From assembly GCA_012295275.1 (NCBI GenBank), contig CM022676.1, positions 7,378,001 to 7,442,000 of the forward strand: a DNA stretch of 64,000 nucleotides, given 5' to 3'. The notes under the pieces were generated by a model. It had not been told where the DNA came from. It searched no databases and saw only the letters and a list, made by a program, of their open reading frames with translations. This document shows, piece after piece, positions 40,940 to 55,368 of this stretch (its first letter is position 1; each line of letters starts with the position of its first letter). A program made the position numbers and the translations under genes. This DNA is from Chrysomallon squamiferum. Lineage: Eukaryota > Animalia > Mollusca.

Positions 40940-41530
40940 CCAAAGCGAAATATTCCAAACAAGAAACTTAAATCTACTTCCTCACCAACAACCACAAAAA
41001 TCACAACGACAACACAGTTTATTTTAGAACAAAAAGATCACCAAACAAATAAATACAACAACCTTGACCTAGAACAGAGCATTATTTGTGTACTGTGGAA
41101 TTGTTTCAGATATTCTTGTCATGTACTACACTGGTCACAAGACAAAACTGTATTCCAACCAATCAATGCAATCCAACCAGTTTATTTCAATATGAAAACC
41201 CATTCATACGCCCTAACTCTATGGAGGGACACTCCACCAACCTTTACAAAAATCATCATGAAATCATCATATATAACCATTCCTTATTCAGTCTAAACTG
41301 AGTATAAAAATATGAAAAAACACAAAAGTATCACAAAACATGAAACCTTGCATAGATATTATTTACCAAGCAGTGTTGCAGATGCTGTTGTTGGTATAGT
41401 TGTTATAAATATTGTTTTATTCTGCAATTGTCAGCCAGGAATTTCATTTATCATATTATACAAGAAAATAGACAATTTCGTGACGTCACCATCCTACATG
41501 AGAGAAAAATCAATGCACAACATGCGAATT
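40940..41530 (+). mobile_element. Diverged piggyBac-like relic, inverted relative to 7790-8260
   Basis: 40950-41165 aligns to the reverse complement of ~7920-8140 and gives VELFQIF and KTKLYSNQ. The 3' boundary is uncertain. Confidence 0.45.
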
Positions 41531-41953
41531 TGACTAATATTTCACTTCTTGGACATCTTCACGAGACGTCATTAATCAGATAGATCAAATTTGTTTCTTT
41601 TTTAATGTGTAAGTGTGTAGATACGTTAATTTTACAAGATGAATAGAGATTTTTACATAGTTACAGATACAATTCACACAATAGTAATTAATGATATAAA
41701 TTCGCGATTGGCAGCTCATTAAAATGTTTATAACTTTTCTCACAGGTAGCTATTGACACAGTTCAAATCTTGTGTGACTGTAGAAATTGAATATATGAAG
41801 TCTTTGTATTTTTGTATAAACATTTAACAATATAATCTTGCTTAATTTTTCAGGAACGTGCCTTAAGAAGCGTGTGTTTAACAAATAAATTTGTGTTCTT
41901 CTTTATCGCTTACTCATTTATTCTGCAGGAGAGGGTCATGTCCGAACACAGGA

Positions 41954-42207
41954 TTAATATGGATTCTCTGTATCTTCGCGTGCAGCTGATGTTTGATAGT
42001 CTGAAACATGAAATGAAATTATGTCTTAGTTTATATAAAAGTTGTCATGCGCGGAGCAAAATAATAATCGAAATAATGTGTGTATGTGTGTGTGTATATA
42101 TATAAATAAATACACACTAGCGCTTACACAAACACATTATATTTGTCTATATACATATAGAGATAAGAATGTGTTTCTATAGCTGTATTGATGTGTGTCT
42201 GTATGTA

Positions 42208-42246
<39 letters not shown>

Positions 42247-43254
42247 GCATATGCATATATAAGTATGTATTTATGTACATATATGTATGTATATATGCAT
42301 GCATGTACGTATGTGTCTGTATATATGTATGTATGTATTAAATTTTATCAGAAAATCGGTTAGAAACTAAAATTCCTTTAGACTTGATTTGTTTTTTTTC
42401 TGTAAACTATCACAGGAAATGCTGTTACAGACTTTTTTCATATTAGTCTGTAAGTTAAAATCTTATTTCTTCGTCAATCTCCAAAATATTTTTTTTCTCT
42501 CTGTATCTATTTTCCCGATTCAACATTTATTCCAAATTGTTTTTGTGGTTATAATGTGCGAATGCAAAACGCTTCTGAGACGAATCTAAAAGGTCAGTTT
42601 CAGTTTCTGAACTTAGAATAATAGTTTGCTCTACTGGGATTATTTCAAAATGATCGTCCAGTATATGGCCAGAATAGGTCAAAACTTATGGCGACAGGAA
42701 TGTCAACTTCATCCATAATATCTTATTTGTGAGAAACAGTTCTAACTCGTAACATATTTTTTTTAAAAAAAAAAACATTTCAGTTTTTTTTTTTTTCATA
42801 ACTTGCATATTAGGAAATACACAACATTTCTGAAATCACAGTCCAAGTTAGTTTGGATTTTTATTTCAGTTTTTGTTTGTTCTGTACTGAATTTACAGTG
42901 AGATTTTATTAACCTTGTTTAATTTTTTTAACAAAGGGTCTTACGAAGTCTGTGATTAAGAAACTATATTTGTTTTCTTCTTTACGATTCATTAATATCA
43001 ATTCACTTACTGTCAGGCGGTATAACGTTTTCTGGGACGTCATTTCGTCTTTCCTCTGTAGAAGAATATGGATTCTCTGTGTCTTCATGTTCAGCTGCAA
43101 GCGCAGTCTGATTATCTGAAACGTGGAATCAAGTTATGTTTTCGTTTACATAAAAATGCAGAGATAAAAATTAAAATATATGTGTGTATTTGTGTGTGTG
43201 TGTGTGCAGTTGTGTTTGTGTGTGCCTCTGTGTTTTTGTATGTGAGTACATACA

Positions 43255-43290
<36 letters not shown>

Positions 43291-43859
43291 AACATACGCA
43301 GAAACAAATGCATATCATATAATTCAAAAAGTCAATATGTTTAAGTGTATATTTTTGCATATACGTCATCTCTCGCATATCTATCTATGCATATACACGT
43401 AAGAAGGTGTTTCTATAGATACATCGACATGTAAATGTGTATGTGTATATAGGTGCACATACTATGTATGCGTATATATGCATATAATATATGTATATGT
43501 CTATGAATGTATGTATGTATGCATGCATTTATGTATGTTTGTGAATTTTAGGATTTGAATATTCTCTGTCTTATATACATCTAAATAGACTCTGCACATA
43601 GGCAATATTCGGGTAAAATATGTTGCTGAATAACCGATGGTAATCATCGCTGTTTATATTTTGTGTGTGTGTGGGTGTGTATGTATGTAAATGTGTGTTT
43701 GTGTTCATGTAAATATATATATTTATATTTATGTAAGTGTGTGTTATGTGCGTCTGTATGGATGTATTTGTTTGTGTATGTATGTGTGTGTATGTGTGTG
43801 TGTTGAACTTACCAGAATCCGGAGCAATACTGTAGGAAACATGTTGATTTGTGCTGATT
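41954..43859 (-). pseudogene. Orphan receptor tail E (47-nt exon plus two degenerate ITAM cassettes)
   Basis: Exons 43859-43813 (ISTNQHVSYSIAPDSG), 43115-43011 (ENPYSSTEERRNDVPENVI) and 42000-41954 (DTENPY*). A family 3'UTR-like block lies at 41590-41900. No upstream minus-strand exons are visible. Confidence 0.8.
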
Positions 43860-45088
43860 CTGATATTTAACACACACACACATACACATAAAATACATAC
43901 ATACGTACATATATTTATCAGTATCTGAGTTAATGTCATTTAGCAACTGTGAAATCTGGGTGGAGTCAACATTATGTTTGGATGATGATTAAGTCCTGGA
44001 AAGCAGAACAGTTGGATAATGTTTGTAATGATGTAGTGTAAGATAATTCAGTGTTAATTATTACGTGTATCACAGTGTAACAACAGGCAGATATTGTACA
44101 GCAGTATATATTAATACAGTGAATTTATGATTACGCTGATAGGACCAGTTTATAAATAAGATTATGATTTAATAACACTTGATTTTTATATTCTATTCCT
44201 AACCAGCTTAGACTTAGGCTTTCTCTATATAATTTGTTTATACATTAAACTTCGATAGTTTCACTCAGTGACGCAAAACAGTGTCTAGATTGAACTGGAA
44301 TGAAGTACAGTGATAATAATATTACTTAAAGTTATATCACACAATATAATAAGATACTTTACAATATAATATAATATTGCACGATATGATATCATAAGAA
44401 CACAATAGAAAAAATACAGTAACTTGACAGAAACAGTATGAGGTGTTTGGGGTTAGAGTTTTTTGGTCGTCTTCTTCCATCCATGGCTGGTTTTAAACAG
44501 ACTTGTAGAGATACAATATATGAAATTAAAACAAACCGTGTCATGTCACGTGGTAAGAAACAAAACTGACAAACTGCCAAATTCAAAATGGTCGCCCTTT
44601 ATCTCTTTGCAACACCCAGTTTATTATGAAATATCATCTGAGAATTTGCACAAACATTTTTCATTATTAAAAATGAACGCACACACACACACACACACAC
44701 AAATCTGTGTTTGTATATATATATATACACACACACACACATACATGTAAAGATGAACATACGCACATGCACATGTATTTACTCACCTACTTACTCACAA
44801 AAAAAAGAAAAAACACATTCAGCATACATATATACATGGATACATACTACATACATACATACATACGTACGTAAGCACTTATCTGCAAACACATTGCTAT
44901 AATATAAATAAATACATACGTACATATATACAGACAGGCATAACCTCCCAAAAAACATTACCCCCACAAATAAACCAAAAAAAAACCCCTCCAAAAACGT
45001 ACTGGACAAGTATTCAAAATATAACGGGAGTAAACCTGATAAGCCGGGAAAAGTAATAATAATAATAATCATAGTAATAATAATAGTA

Positions 45089-45179
<91 letters not shown>

Positions 45180-46147
45180 GAACGAAAAGAAAAAAACAAA
45201 GAAGAAAAATCATCCAGAGGTTGAATAACAGGTACAGGCTGAAAGCTTAGTAAATGTTATTGTGAGAAATGAGTTTTGAAAGAAAATAAGACAGAACAAT
45301 AACAAATCACTAACACAAATAGTTTACGAAAAGTCGTTGAATATTTTGATATCAGAGACTGGAGTATGTTGAGAATGGTACAACAGATACGTCGATTACA
45401 GAAACTAATAGAAACATTGTTATTTCGCATATTTTTATATAATTATGTACGTTATAGGTGTATGAATACACACACGGATTTAGATGTATACTAAAAAAAT
45501 AAGAATACAGCATGCACACACACACACACACTCACACATTCTTATATAACCGAACAAAATAGAAAGAATATGCTACACAATAACTTGGCAGAAAGAACAT
45601 TAGGTGTTTTGGGTTACATCTTTTTGTGCGTCTTCTTCCATTCATGGCTGGTTTTGAATAGAGTGTAGAGTTACAAATATCACAGTAAAACGGGTCCGTC
45701 TTGTCATGACAGAACAAACTAAACTTGACAAACCGCCAAATTGAAAATGGCCGCCATTTATCTCTTTGCAGAACCCAGTTTGTTATGAAATATGACGTGA
45801 AAATTTGGAAAAACATTTCTTATTATTAAATATGAATAAAATCGCACACACACACACACACATACACACACACATATGCGAATGTACTTATATACATATG
45901 TACATAAACGAACATACGCACACATACATATATATTTACTTACCTCCTTACATAGATAGGTACATACAAAAAAAAAAAAAAAATAATAATTTAAAAAAAA
46001 CACCACAAACAAACACCTTCAGCATACATACATGCACACATACATTCAGTGAATTTAATTTATTAATAAAAATGTATAACAACCCAGAGGTTAATTTAAA
46101 TATATTTACATTTTATTTTATTTTATTTTATTTATTTATAATTTAAG

Positions 46148-46469
46148 GTCAGTATTATATGTTAACAACATCAGACAGATGGGCAGTTGTTGGATCACTT
46201 TTGACTTCCACTTGTCGAGAAATTCGTTCACCGATTCTTTGTTTTATTATTGCTTGGTTTGTGAATAACACTCAATGCAAGATGCATGAACTAGATGGAA
46301 AATGTCAGTGTCGTTTTCTTAATGAACATTCAGAAGAATAAATTTTTTAACTGTCTTTTTGAACGAATCATTCTCATAGTAAAGTCTGTCAAAATCAGTC
46401 AACATGGAACAGTATGGAGATATGATGAATATGGACGACGAAGCAATGAAATAAAACTTGAAGTGAGAG
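46148..46469 (+). pseudogene. Receptor pseudogene psi2: isolated V-like exon (duplicate of psi1)
   Basis: AG and GT intact, but TAA after EHSEE plus a frameshift, and WRC>WRY. The leader exon is deleted. Confidence 0.88.
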
Positions 46470-47555
46470 GTAAAATTAACTTTATTTTTAATATTATTAC
46501 TATACGTATTGTATTTTAAAAAAAGAAGGAAAAAACAAAACAAGAAACAACAACAACAAGTTCGTCAATTTCGGTATGAAGCATTTGCCTCATTTGCTTC
46601 AGTGTTGTTACGGCCATATATGTATACTTTTATATATATGTGTGTCTGTATGTGTGCGTATGTGTATGTGTACGTGAGCACACATGTAGAATCATACGTT
46701 CTTTTATAGATAATTACATATTTACAAATACTTAGGCAGTGAGTTGGATGGACGGATGGATGGGCAGAATGATCGAAAGAATGAAAGAAACAAATGAACA
46801 TTGGCAGAGTATTGTCTACGTGCAAAGTCTAACGAGACGTAAATAAGATAGAGAACATTCCGATCCTAAAATACATATTACATATTTGCCAGTGACAGGT
46901 TTCCTATGTAAATAGATGCACGTGAAAATTACAAAAGACAAAGAACGCAATACGACGTGGGAAGCGATGATTACCTGCGATTACTGAGAAACCTTTTGAC
47001 ATAAAAAATTAGATCCACGCAAAATTATAAAAAAAACAAAGAACGGCGTGCTTCGTGGTAGAATATAAAATCTGATAATACATATTTGCCAGTGCAGGGG
47101 TTAAAACAAAAAAAATAGATACACGCAACCATTACAAAAGACAAAGAACAGCGTGCTTCGTGTGAAGCGATGATTACCCCCGATTACTGAGCAGTCTTTT
47201 TTCTTGTCTGATTAATCTACTCGTATACAATATTCGGTGACGTCATCCGTCTTCGGGGTGCATGATGATTACTCTCGGTCTAAAATAGCGTTCGTGGCGC
47301 TGAAGAGCGGTCACGTTTCAGTCAGCTGACCGTTACGTCACTGTTTAGGTCGTTTCGAACATGTCCGAAGATTTCCGAGTCTGTCATTTTCTGATAGAGG
47401 TCTCGGATTTCGTCTTGTCGTGTATGTACAAGTAAATAGTACTTTTTATACGCTACCAGCGAACTGCTGAAGTCAGTCGAGTGGTTCTAGTATATTATAG
47501 ATATTATTTTACTGGGATTAAAACGGATTTAGATATATACTCAAAAAGTAAGAAT

Positions 47556-47625
<70 letters not shown>

Positions 47626-48569
47626 CACATTCTTGCATAACCGAACAAAATAGAAAGAATATGCTACTCAATAACTTGGCAGAAAGAGTGTTTTGGGTTA
47701 CATATTTTGTGCGTCGTCTTCCATCCATGGCTGGTTTTGAATAGAGTGGTAGAGTTACAATAAGAGTTAAAACGGGTCCGTGTTGTCATGACAGAACATT
47801 ACTAAACTTGACAAGTAGCCAAATTCAAAATGGCCGCCCTTTATCTCTTTGGGTTACACCTTTTGTGCGTCGTCTTTCACTGAGTGTAGAGTTACAAATA
47901 TCAGAATAAAACGGATTCGTCTTGTCTTGGCATCAGAAACAGAACTTGAGAAGCAGCCAAATTCAAAATGGCCGCCCTTTATCTGTTTGCAGCACTCATT
48001 TTATTATTAAATATCACTGACAATTTGTACAAAATTTCTCATTATTAAAAATGAACATAAACGAACATACGCACATACACATATATTTACTTACCTACTT
48101 ACATAGATAGGATACATACAAAAAACAACAAACACCTTCAGCTTACATACATGCACACATACATACATTCATACATACGCAACAACTTATCTACATTCCT
48201 GCAAATACACAAATACATATTTGAATATAATTTAATGTTTCGCATCGTACGTAAATAAAGCAGCATTTCTCTACGTACACAATATAAAACGTTTTTCATT
48301 TTTTTTCTCTATCGATTTTTGTAGTCGCGCCATACATAGATATTCATATACATAATGGAAAGCGGTATGGAAGCTTCATCGCTTATCTGTGAAACGGCGA
48401 AATTATATAAAACTATGAAACAAAACATCGTAAGGCATTTTAAGGATCAACAACGTTAATTTACTACTTTTCAGGCATATATTAGTGTGAATTTAGCGTC
48501 AGAAATCCTAATTTCTTTCTGCAAATTTCACTGATTTTCTGGTTGTTTTTCTCTCTTACTGTTAGCTGC

Positions 48570-50330
48570 ACCTACAAACATGGATAACGGAAATTACTTT
48601 AAGTTATCTAAATTTTAATAGAAACACTTTGCATTAATTTTAATTTAAACCGGTGCTGTACAATAAAGCATTGTTGCTATAATGTATTTATTTATTTATA
48701 TATTATTTATTTATTTTATAAAAAAGAAACTAAATAGAATAAAATAAAACGAAATAGAATAAAACAATAACAAAATATTGTTCTTCAAATCCGTTTAATA
48801 GTTATAACAACTTAATGGTCTCAGGGGAATAACTCCATTTAAAACAATACATAAGAACTAAGACAGAGTTATTCCTCTGAGACCGTTAACTTGTACTTTA
48901 AACGGAATTTGCATAATAATGCATTTTCCCTATAATTTATTTATTTATTTGTATAGAAAAAGAAATTTAAATAATATAAAATGAAACGAAACAGATTAAA
49001 ACAATAACAAGATATTCTCCAGGTCCGTATAATAGAGTTATAACAAGTTTACGGTGTAAGGGGAATAACTGTACTTAAGCTAATAAATAAGAACTAAAAC
49101 AGAGTTATTCCTCTTAGTTAACTTAAACAGTACTTTAAACAGCATCTGAACAATAGAGCATTGTTGCTATAATTTATTTATTTATCTATTTAATTTATCA
49201 AAAAGAAATTTAAAATAAATAAAATAAAACCAAACAGTATAAAATAATAAGAAGATATTGTTCTTCAGGTCCGTTTAGTAGAGTCAGAACACGTTAACGG
49301 TCTAAGTGGAATGACTATATTTAAAATAATAAATAAGAACTAAAACAGAGTTATTCCCCTTGGACCGTTAACTTTTACTTTAAATCGCACCGGCAGAGTA
49401 AAGTATTATTCTTATTTAAATTTATTTTATGAAAAAAGAAATTTAAATAAAATGAAAGGAAACGAAATAGAATAAAAGTAAAAAGATAATATTGTGCAGA
49501 TCCGTTTTCATGCAGTCGTAACAAGTTAACGGTGAAAGGGGAAGAACTCTATTTAAGATAATAAATAAGAACTAAAACAGAGTTATTCCTCTTAGACCGT
49601 TAATTATACTTTAAACCGCATCTGCACAATAAAGGATTGTTGTTGTGATTATTTTTATTTATTTATTTATTTGTTTATTTATTTATTATTTATTTTATAA
49701 AAAATAAAATAAAATAAAATGAAACAGAACGAAATAAACAATAGCATTAAATTGTTGTGTAAATGTCTTTAATACAGTTGTGACAAGTTAAGGGGAATAA
49801 GTCTATTTAAAATAATACGTAACAACTAAAATAGAGTTATTCCTAGTAAATGATTGTTGTTGAAATTTATTTATTTGTTAGCTTGTTTATTTGTTTATTT
49901 ATTTATCTATTTCATAGAAAAGAAATTAAATTAAAGGAAATTAAAAAATAAGTAAAAGAACAACAATAAAATGTTGTGCAAATTGTCTTCAAAGGGTTAT
50001 CACATGTTAATAGTCTAAGGGGAATAACTCCATTTAAAATAATACTTTTGAAATAAAACAGAGTTATTCTTCTCAGACCGTTATCTGTACAATAAACCGT
50101 ATGTGTATAATAAAGCATTGTTGTTGTAATTTATTTATTTATTTATTTTCTAAGAAAGAATTGAAATAAAATCAAATAAAACAAAATCAAATAAACAATA
50201 ACAATTAGTTCTTGTGTAGATGGGTGTAATATAATTGTGACAAGTTGATGGTCTAAGAGGAATAACTCTAATACTATAAATAATTAAAATAACTAATTAA
50301 GGGAAATAACTCTAACATTAAAACTTTAAG
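48570..50330. repeat. Second array of the hairpin-containing ~240-bp satellite
   Basis: Units near 48810, 49045, 49290, 49520, 49780, 50000 and 50240. Confidence 0.9.
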
Positions 50331-50665
50331 TCACTGAGCATTTGCCTTCTGCGCCATTTTTTAAATTTTAAAGACAGAATTTTGTTTAATAATTTAGGAA
50401 GAAAGAAACAAAAATATACGGGTATGAATCATAATTTTAGTCTCACCATTTGTTTCTATAATTTGTTATAATGTTTGTAACCGAAACAAAACTTGAAGAC
50501 GGAGCCTACCTCTTTTCATTTTTAAACTTTTATGTAATATTATGATTAGGCTTAGTTTCGTTTATATATAAAAAAAATAAAAATAAAAATAAATAAATAA
50601 ATAAATAAAAAAATTAATAAATAAAAAAATAAGTAAGTAAATAAATAAATAAATAAATAAATAGA

Positions 50666-50740
<75 letters not shown>

Positions 50741-51074
50741 ATATATAAATAAATAAATAAGTTTCCAATTTACTTCCACAGATGACATCTGCTGAAACTT
50801 AGATAGCATGAAAAAGATGTTTTATGTATTTATTTTAATTTTAAATGCGTCTTTAAGTCCTAATATTATTTTCATAACAGTCTGAATATTGTTTAGCTAT
50901 TGAATCCAAGTATATTTTGCCATTTGTCTCTTGTAGACTGTTTCATTGTTTTCACAAAGATCCACCGAATTTACCGTTCTAACATGCGCAATAAATTTCA
51001 GCCATTATCAGTGACGGCGCAAGAACATTCGTTACTCTAGGCCAGGTTAGATTCTGGCGCCCCCAGGAAAATAT

Positions 51075-51325
51075 GTTTGAGAAAACTGGATCTTCTGCTG
51101 TAGGCCAAGGATGTTCTATGTAGATGTTTCATGATCTTTTCGTCTACAAATAAACTGTATTGGCTTGGTGATTGCTGTTGCTGGTGAGGTAGCATAGATT
51201 TAAGTTTGTTGTCTGGACTGTACTGCTTGGTCTTGTTTGTTTTTAGCTGTGTCGTGATCTGTTCATTCTGAAGAAAGTTGTTGATACTCAGATTCAGTGG
51301 CAACTCAGTAACCAGCGCTTTGAAG
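51075..51325 (-). mobile_element. Duplicate piggyBac-like fragment (ORF 51037-51342)
   Basis: Copy of 8000-8250 with the adjacent 7690-8000 segment deleted. Confidence 0.5.
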
Positions 51326-52094
51326 CACAATGATTTAGTCAATGAACACCATCCCTATTTTCATCAGATTCAGAACTATCAAGTAGGGACAAATCTAAAT
51401 ATCCGCGACCAAAACATTTTCATTTTCAAGTATGTGTGGTATTTCATGGACCTCTTACCTATGTTATTGACTAAAATAATTAATAAATAATAATATTACA
51501 ACAACATTTCCTCCACATACAATATTTTCACTTGCACCCCTCAAAATTGTGTTTCGTTATTGTAATCGATAGACTTGTCTGGGATATTCTGATGAAGAAA
51601 TTACTAGTCTTACACATTACATTTATAACAACCAAAAGAAATGGAAGAGGTGGAGGAGGAAAACACAAATTAATTAATGTAATCACTTACATCTGTACAC
51701 TTTTACAACTCTGAATACACATGCGTTACAAAGATATGATTTCTGAATAAAACAATAAATTTACCTCTTTTGTACCTTTTCTTTTATTTTCATTTTTGCC
51801 CTCTTTTGAAACTAGAAATACACATCAGATGTAAATAGTTCATTTTACAGACTTAAAAGTTATTCAGGAAGAGGAATCATTAAGAAAAGAAAGATTTCCA
51901 TATTGTTGCTTTTTTAAACAATGGTTAAAGTGATAGAAAATGGAATAAAAGAATTGTGAGCAAGAAGATAGAACGGGAAATAGGACAAGGGATGTAATAA
52001 AAGCAGGTAATGTAACTACTAAACTAGTGTGTACTGTTGTTTTGTTCATTATGTTATGTTTCTTTATCTTATAGTAGGTTTGTTTCTGTTTCCT

Positions 52095-52137
<43 letters not shown>

Positions 52138-52544
52138 TCTAACATACACGCACATTCATATACATATACACATACATGACTATTTTTCTTTGACAGAGTA
52201 AACAAAAGTTTCAATTCTCTTATAATTTAATGTTTCGCATCGTACCTAAATAAAGCAAGGTTTCTCTACACAATAAATAACGTTTTTCATTTTTTTTCTG
52301 TATAGATTTTTATAGTTCGGCCATTCTGATTTAACATACATCTCGTTTTTTTTTTTTTTTTGAATTCTCTGTTTATCTGTAACTCTGGATATGTCCATGT
52401 ATTTCTCTGTCTGATATATGTGTATATGTGGATACGTACAAATGCAGACAAGCGCACGTACAACCACAAACGTACAAACAATAACATAAATACGTAAACA
52501 CACATTAATACATATAAACACATGTATAGATACACCTGTACATA

Positions 52545-52658
<114 letters not shown>

Positions 52659-53697
52659 GACACAGAAACGCTCGCACATTAACACATACACTTAAAAACG
52701 AAACATCAAGACATCCGACATAAAACTGGCGATACTAAGTATTTCACCAGACTTTCTGAAACTCTGGATAAATAGTCTTAATTTCGTTGATTGATTTATT
52801 ACCTGTGTGACAATGTAACGAAAAGCAGATATTGTACTGCAGTACACATTAATACAGTGCCTTCAAACGGGAATAAAAAACGGTGATAATAATATAATTT
52901 AAAGTTTTATCAAACAATATAATGAGACACTTTACAATATAATATAATATTGCACGATATGATATCGTAAGAACACAATAGAAAAAATACTGTAACTTGG
53001 CAGAAAGATTAGGTATTTTGTATTATACGTTTGTGCGTGTTCTGTCCTCCATGGCTGGTTTTGAATAGAATGATAGGGTCACAACATACCACAGTAAAAC
53101 TAACCTAGTCATGCCATGCGGTAAGAGTCAAAACTTGATAAGCAGCCAAATTCAAAATGGCCGCGCTTTATCTCTTTGCAGCACCCAGTTTATTATGAAA
53201 TATCACCTGAGAATTTGAACAAACATTTCTCTTTATTAAAAATAAACACAGTCGCACACACACACACACAGACACATACACACACAAATGTACACATATA
53301 TAAATATAAACGAACATACACACATACACATATTTTCTTACCTACTTATTTACAGGTACATAGAAAAAAAACACCTTCAGCATACATACATACATACGTA
53401 ACAACAAATCTACATACTAACTGCTATAATATAAAATACGCACATACATACATATATATATATACACACATTATCCCCCCCCCCAAGCCCCCAAAAACAA
53501 ACAAAAGTACTGTACAAAATCAATTATTCAAAATATAACCCTGTATGACAAGTCTTAGGGCCGTGTTTAGGTTGCTGGGTTCAGTTCATTTAGATTTAGT
53601 TTATTAATAAAAATGTACAACAATCCAGAGGCTAATTTATAAAGAATAAAATGGGTTTTCATTTTACTTGTGAAACAGGCAGTAAACCTGATATGAT

Positions 53698-53747
<50 letters not shown>

Positions 53748-53749
53748 AT

Positions 53750-53785
<36 letters not shown>

Positions 53786-53907
53786 AAGAATATGAAAGCC
53801 TTGAAAGTTATATTTATATTAACAGCAGTCGAAAGAAGAAAGCAGTGCATAAAATAAAATGTAAGTAAAACTATATTTTTATTAACGTGAAAACTAAAAT
53901 AAAGGAA

Positions 53908-53965
53908 ACGAGTTGTAAGTTATTCTGCGTGCTCGTGTTACTGGGATGTGTATTGTACGTACAAG
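53908..53965 (+). pseudogene. Dead leader exon (ATG>ACG) fused to the promoter repeat
   Basis: ACG AGT TGT AAG TTA TTC TGC GTG CTC GTG TTA CTG GGA TGT GTA TTG TAC GTA CAA G, followed directly by the upstream module of D. Confidence 0.85.
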
Positions 53966-53969
53966 GTCG

Positions 53970-54634
53970 ACGCAAAATGACAAAAGACAAAGAACGGTGT
54001 GCTTCGTGGGAAGCGATGATTACCACCGATTACTGAGCAGAGTTTTTCCTTGTCTGATTAGCCTCTGCACGTGGACAGTATTCGGTGACGTCGTCCGCCT
54101 TCGGGGTTCGTGCGAATGGCGTGTAAAGCGATGATTATTCATGGTCTAAAATAGTGTTCGTCGCGCTAGAAAGCGGTCACGTGCTAGTCTGCTGACGTTA
54201 CGTCACTATTTAGACATGTCCGAAGATTTCCGAGTTGGTCGTTTTATGAGTGGGTCTTGGATTTCTTCTTGTAGTACGTGTATGTACGAATAAGAATATG
54301 CTTAATGGTACCAGCGAACTGCTGAAGTCAGTTGAGTGGATTTCCAGATTGTAGATGATATTTTAGAAAGTATAAAACGGGTATTTTACTTGTGAAACAG
54401 GAAGTAAACGTGGTAACCTAGCAAGAGAAAAGTAAACAAGGAAGAATTTAAAAGAGAAAGACAGTGAAGTAACTTTTTTTTATATTAACAGGAATGAAAA
54501 CAAGAAGATAGTGAAATTAAAAAAAAAAAAAAAAAATTAAAAAAAACACAACAACAACAATAACAACAAACTATTAATAATAACAGTAATAAAACTAGTT
54601 TTTGTGAACGGAAGTGAAAACTAAAATAGTGGAA
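53970..54634 (+). promoter_or_regulatory. Putative promoter module of gene D
   Basis: Shared upstream block with CAGGAAGT (~54398) and GGAAGTGAAA (54610-54619). Confidence 0.45.
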
Positions 54635-54941
54635 ATGAGTTGTAAGTTATTCTGTGTGTTCGTGTTGCTGGGATGTGTATTGTACGTACAAGGTATGTAT
54701 TTGATATTATTTCTTTCTTTTATTTCTTTCTTTATTATTATTATTTGTTTGTTATTGATTTAAATGTGAAATCTGGGTGGACTCGCCGCCGTTTTTGAAT
54801 GACTAATGTAAAATGAAATGTTTAACTGCCAGTTCAACTCTTTAAAATATGTTTAGGAAAATATTAACATAATAACATGATACAATCGATAATCCTTAAA
54901 AAAACACACACATGTAGCATAATACATACACAAATGAAAAC

Positions 54942-54981
<40 letters not shown>

Positions 54982-55310
54982 TTAACTACCTACCCATGTA
55001 CATACATGCAGACATAGAGATACACATAACCTATAAGGTATTTATTTTTTTATTCAGGTTATGTATCTCTGTCTGAGTTAATGTCATTTAGTAAGTGTGA
55101 AATCTGGGTGGGGGTCGACATTATGTATCGCTGACTAATGTCAAATGAAAAATGTGTAATTGTGTGATTTGAACTTTAGAAGTATATCTGCATTAAAAAA
55201 TCTATGCCATTATATGACGACATAATATAACATAAAATGACAATCCATAAAACAGCGTAACGTAACATAATGTAACGTAATGTAATACAAAGTAAACTTC
55301 TGTAATAAAG

Positions 55311-55368
<58 letters not shown>

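Noticed and set aside
41110-41296. Possible divergent terminal exon (TTTCAG, then INAIQPVYFNM matching A's IQPVYFN, and an SSYITI ITIM-like motif)
   Set aside because: The apparent acceptor lies inside piggyBac-like sequence (VELFQIF) homologous to 7920-8140, and there are no upstream TM or 31-nt exons. The match is probably chance, though RNA-seq could overturn this.
53946-54134. 62-aa ORF of normal-looking composition
   Set aside because: Out-of-frame read from the dead leader exon into the non-coding upstream module.
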